Source: Clostridium sp.
GTDB lineage: Bacteria > Bacillota > Clostridia > TANB77 > CAG-508
NCBI GenBank assembly: GCA_052174015.1
Contig: JBQMXM010000004.1
Coordinates: 10 to 64,009, forward strand
Direction of reading: 5' to 3'
DNA: 64,000 nucleotides
This document shows positions 60,630 through 64,000 of the stretch, piece by piece; the first letter of the stretch is position 1, and every line of letters starts with the position of its first letter. A program made the position numbers and the translations under genes. Under the pieces are notes generated by a model, which saw only the letters and a program-made list of their open reading frames with translations, was not told the DNA's origin and ran no database searches.

Positions 60630-62843
60630 TTATTCTGTAATTTCTTTCATTGATAATCCTAATTTTCCGTCTTCGTCTTTCTTTATAATCTTAACTGTAA
60701 CTAATTGTTCTTCTTTAAGTACATCTTCTACATTTTCTATTCTAATCTTTGATATTTGTGATTTATGTAATAATCCTTCTTTTCCTCCACCTAAATCTAC
60801 AAATGCTCCAAATGTTGTTATCTTAGTTACTAATCCTTTTGTAATATCTCCAACTTCATATTCTTTTGTTAATATTTCTATCATTTGAATTGCTCTATTT
60901 TGTTGTTCTTGATCTATTCCATAAATTAATATTGTTCCATCTTCTTGAATATCAATTTCTACACCTGTATCTTCAATAATTTTTGTAATAGTTTTTCCAC
61001 CTGTTCCAATTACATCACGAATTTTATCTACTGGTATTTTAAATTGTGATATTTTTGGTGCATATTTAGATAATTCTTTTCTTGGTTCTGCTATTGCTTT
61101 TTTCATTACATCTTCTATTATCATTTTTCTAGCTGTATATGTTCTATCTAAAGCTTCTTCAATAACTTCTAAACTTAATCCATCATTTTTTATATCTACT
61201 TGTATTGCAGTTATTCCATCTAATGTTCCTGCTACTTTAAAGTCCATTTCTCCAAAAAAGTCTTCTATACCTTGAATATCTGTTACCATTTGATATGTTC
61301 CATCTTTTCTTGTAAATAATCCTGTAGATATTCCAGCTACCATTTTTTTAATAGGTACTCCTGCATCCATTAATGCAAGTGTACTTGCACATATTGCTCC
61401 TTGTGATGTAGAACCATTAGAACCTAAAACTTCTGATACTAATCTCATTGTATATGGGAATTCTTCTTTACTTGGTAATACTGGTATTAATGCTTTTTCT
61501 GCTAATGCTCCATGACCAATTTCACGTCTTCCTGCTCCTCTTGATGGTTTTGCTTCTCCTACACTAAATCCTGGAAAATTATATTGATGCATATATCTTT
61601 TTGTTTCTTCTAAATCTAAACCATCTAATCTTTGTTCTTCACTTAATTTTCCTAATGTTGCAATTGTTAATACTTGCGTTTCTCCTCTATTAAATAATCC
61701 TGTACCATGTACTCTTGGTATTAATCCTACTTCTGATGATAATTCTCTTACTTCATTATCAAGTCTTCCGTCTACTCTAGTATTTTTTTCTGTTATTAAA
61801 GTTTTAACTATTTTTTTCTCTACTTGTGTTACTGCTTCTTTTATACATTTTATATATTCTTTTGTTTTTAAAATATTATCTATATAGTATTTATCATTTA
61901 ATCCATTTTCTTTTAAATAATTAATCTTTTTATCTATTATCTCCTTATTTATTTCAATATCACTTATTTCAAAATCAAAGTTTTCTAAATATATTTTTTC
62001 TACAATATTTTGAATTTCTTCATCTAACTTTTGCTTATTTTTTCCATTTTCTAATAATATATCTTGTATTTGTTGTGCATATTTTGAATATACAAATTCT
62101 TCCATTTCTTCATATTTTTTAAATTGTTCTGTAGGTATTTCAAATTTTTCTTTCCCTATTTCTGATGCAATCTCATTAAACCAATTACATATTTTAATGA
62201 TTTCTTCATGTCCCTTTTTTATACATTTTAACATTATATCATTTGGAATTTCATATGCTAATGATTCAATCATAGTAATTTTTGATGTATTACCTGCTAA
62301 AGTTAAATGTAGTTTTGATTTTTGCTTTTCTTCTTCTGTTGGATTTAATATTATCTCATCATCTATATAACCTACTTCAACTGCTCCAAGTGGTCCATTA
62401 AACGGAACATTAGATACCATAGAAACAATCATACTTGCAAGCATTCCTGCAACTAATGGTGAATGATTATAGTCTGATGATAATACTAATAATGATATTA
62501 CAACATCATTTCTTAAATTTTTAGGGAAAAATGGTCTTAATGGTCTATCTATTGCCCTTGCATTTAAAATTGCTTTATCTGTTGGTCTTCCTTCCCTTTT
62601 ATTATATCCTCCAGGTATTTTTCCAACTGCATATAATCTTTCTTGATAATCTACTGATAATGGGAAAAAATCTAAATCTGTTTTAGCTTCTTTTGATGCT
62701 ACAATTGTTGCTAAAACTTGTGTTTCTCCAAACTTTAGCATTACAGAAGAATTAGTTTGATTTGCATATTTTCCAAATTCTAATTCTAATTTTCTTCCAG
62801 TATATTCCATTTCATATTTTTTATACATTTTTACCTCTTTCAT
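60630..62843 (-). CDS. pnp: Polyribonucleotide nucleotidyltransferase (PNPase)
   Basis: Two RNase PH domains, KH and S1 domain (GDITKGLVTKITTFGAFVDLGGGKEGLLHKSQIS); 737 aa. Confidence 0.95.
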   Translation of the reverse strand: MKEVKMYKKYEMEYTGRKLELEFGKYANQTNSSVMLKFGETQVLATIVASKEAKTDLDFFPLSVDYQERLYAVGKIPGGYNKREGRPTDKAILNARAIDRPLRPFFPKNLRNDVVISLLVLSSDYNHSPLVAGMLASMIVSMVSNVPFNGPLGAVEVGYIDDEIILNPTEEEKQKSKLHLTLAGNTSKITMIESLAYEIPNDIMLKCIKKGHEEIIKICNWFNEIASEIGKEKFEIPTEQFKKYEEMEEFVYSKYAQQIQDILLENGKNKQKLDEEIQNIVEKIYLENFDFEISDIEINKEIIDKKINYLKENGLNDKYYIDNILKTKEYIKCIKEAVTQVEKKIVKTLITEKNTRVDGRLDNEVRELSSEVGLIPRVHGTGLFNRGETQVLTIATLGKLSEEQRLDGLDLEETKRYMHQYNFPGFSVGEAKPSRGAGRREIGHGALAEKALIPVLPSKEEFPYTMRLVSEVLGSNGSTSQGAICASTLALMDAGVPIKKMVAGISTGLFTRKDGTYQMVTDIQGIEDFFGEMDFKVAGTLDGITAIQVDIKNDGLSLEVIEEALDRTYTARKMIIEDVMKKAIAEPRKELSKYAPKISQFKIPVDKIRDVIGTGGKTITKIIEDTGVEIDIQEDGTILIYGIDQEQQNRAIQMIEILTKEYEVGDITKGLVTKITTFGAFVDLGGGKEGLLHKSQISKIRIENVEDVLKEEQLVTVKIIKKDEDGKLGLSMKEITE

Positions 62844-63900
62844 TATTATAGTTTCTATTACTTTTTGTAAGTAATATATGATTTGTCTGTGTTATTTGTA
62901 TTGTATCTTGAATTAATAATCCATATTCATCATCTACATATATTATTGGTTCTAATATTAATACCATATTTTCTTTAAATGTATTGATTATTCCATCTTT
63001 TTTAATCTCTATCTCATCATTATCCAAACCTATACTTCTAAATGTTTGGTAACTAATATTCCAATTAATTCTTTCAAGTTCAAAATACATCTGCATATAT
63101 TTATCATATATATTGTTGCCATTTTTAATTTCTCTAAGCATCTCATCATGTAAATTATATAGTTTTAAATATTGTTCTTTCATTTTAGGATTTTTATCTA
63201 ATATATTGCCAAAAAATATAGTTCTTCCTATTGTTGATAAATATCCAGTATTTTTGTCTTTAGCTGTAATTGATATAATTATTATATCATCTTTTTTAAG
63301 CCTATTATTTGTTGGTTTTAGATATTGTTTAGATGTATTTTTACCAAATGATATTTTAGGAACCTCATATAGTTCTAACATATTAATTTTTAATAATTTT
63401 TGTACTTCTAAATAGATATCTTTTTCTGAAATTCCTACCTTTAACCCTTTAACTATTAAACTATATATGTCATCTAATTTTTTAGATACATTTGATATAC
63501 TAGCTATTTCTTCATTATCTTTAACGCTTCTCATACTGATTATACTATTACCAAAAGGTACTAATTCTGATTTAAATAACTGCTTATATTTAGTATATTC
63601 TTTAAAAGTTATACTCTGCTCTTCTATACCAAGCACAGAATCAGCTTCAAAAAAAACAGAATAATCAAATATTTTTTCTATCACCTTAACTATAACTTGC
63701 TTATCTATTGTAAGTAGACTATTAACATGCATAACATATCTCTGATATGTTATATATATATTATCTTCTTTAGTTATAAGTAATATACCTTTAACATCTA
63801 TTCCAGTTAAATAATAAATACTTATAGGGTCTGTAATTATCATTCCATCTAGATTATTATTTGCTATTTCTTGTCTTAATTTTTGTATTCTTGAAATCAT
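62821..63900 (-). CDS. M24-family (Xaa-Pro aminopeptidase/prolidase-like) protein; metal-ligand set not obviously complete
   Basis: Creatinase-N-like N-domain (LDGMIITDPISIYYLTG) and pita-bread C-domain. Expected His/Glu ligand positions not clearly conserved by eye. Overlaps pnp by 23 nt. Confidence 0.55.
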   Translation of the reverse strand: MISRIQKLRQEIANNNLDGMIITDPISIYYLTGIDVKGILLITKEDNIYITYQRYVMHVNSLLTIDKQVIVKVIEKIFDYSVFFEADSVLGIEEQSITFKEYTKYKQLFKSELVPFGNSIISMRSVKDNEEIASISNVSKKLDDIYSLIVKGLKVGISEKDIYLEVQKLLKINMLELYEVPKISFGKNTSKQYLKPTNNRLKKDDIIIISITAKDKNTGYLSTIGRTIFFGNILDKNPKMKEQYLKLYNLHDEMLREIKNGNNIYDKYMQMYFELERINWNISYQTFRSIGLDNDEIEIKKDGIINTFKENMVLILEPIIYVDDEYGLLIQDTIQITQTNHILLTKSNRNYNNERGKNV

Positions 63901-64000
63901 ATATACTCCAATATACTATATAGTTTTAAATATTTATATAATATTATTAATATAATATCATAAATATATATTTTTTTAAATACTTATTAATTTAATCTAT

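Overview
Extremely AT-rich, low-GC Firmicutes-like chromosomal segment; PolC, the frr-uppS-cdsA block, rubrerythrin, CcdA and ComEC all point to an anaerobe. Fifty of 51 predicted genes lie on the minus strand. Most are recognisable housekeeping genes: tsaD, gpsA, polC, cdsA, uppS, frr, obg, two glycine--tRNA ligases, rlmH, ychF, mreB-like, metG, aspS, whiA, nrnA, rlmB, trpS, pnp, a thioredoxin/CcdA/rubrerythrin redox module, and three SpoU-type RNA methyltransferases. No tRNA, rRNA, CRISPR array, transposase or T-box leader was found. The regions that stand out are listed below.
1. A family of three paralogous prepilin-leader-like secreted proteins (8197-9561, 56208-57572, 57800-59164), two of them in a near-perfect tandem duplication, sharing an unrecognised ~180-aa core domain and a WKIKD C-terminus.
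2. A three-member paralogous gene cassette (17148-18164, 24048-24878, 25060-25572). Each copy has its own TTGACATAATA-type promoter, a GC-containing 5'UTR hairpin with a G(C/A)GG loop and a hairpin terminator. One copy sits where dxr-rseP-proS are normally found upstream of polC.
3. A 1226-aa cytoplasmic protein with about 15 Pro-containing helical repeats, an E/R/K-rich segment and a Q/N-rich tail.
4. Two divergent tandem GlyRS genes whose downstream noncoding element is more conserved than their coding sequence.
5. A TruB-HemK/PrmC fusion ORF.
6. ComEC encoded as two ORFs.
7. A KAP-type P-loop NTPase frameshifted exactly in its Walker A motif.
8. A LexA-like protein without an obvious catalytic Ser/Lys.
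9. A dispersed 15-bp palindrome, TTGTAGAAAA(C/T)ACAA, in four intergenic regions.
All functional calls are from motif recognition by eye; no database search was run.
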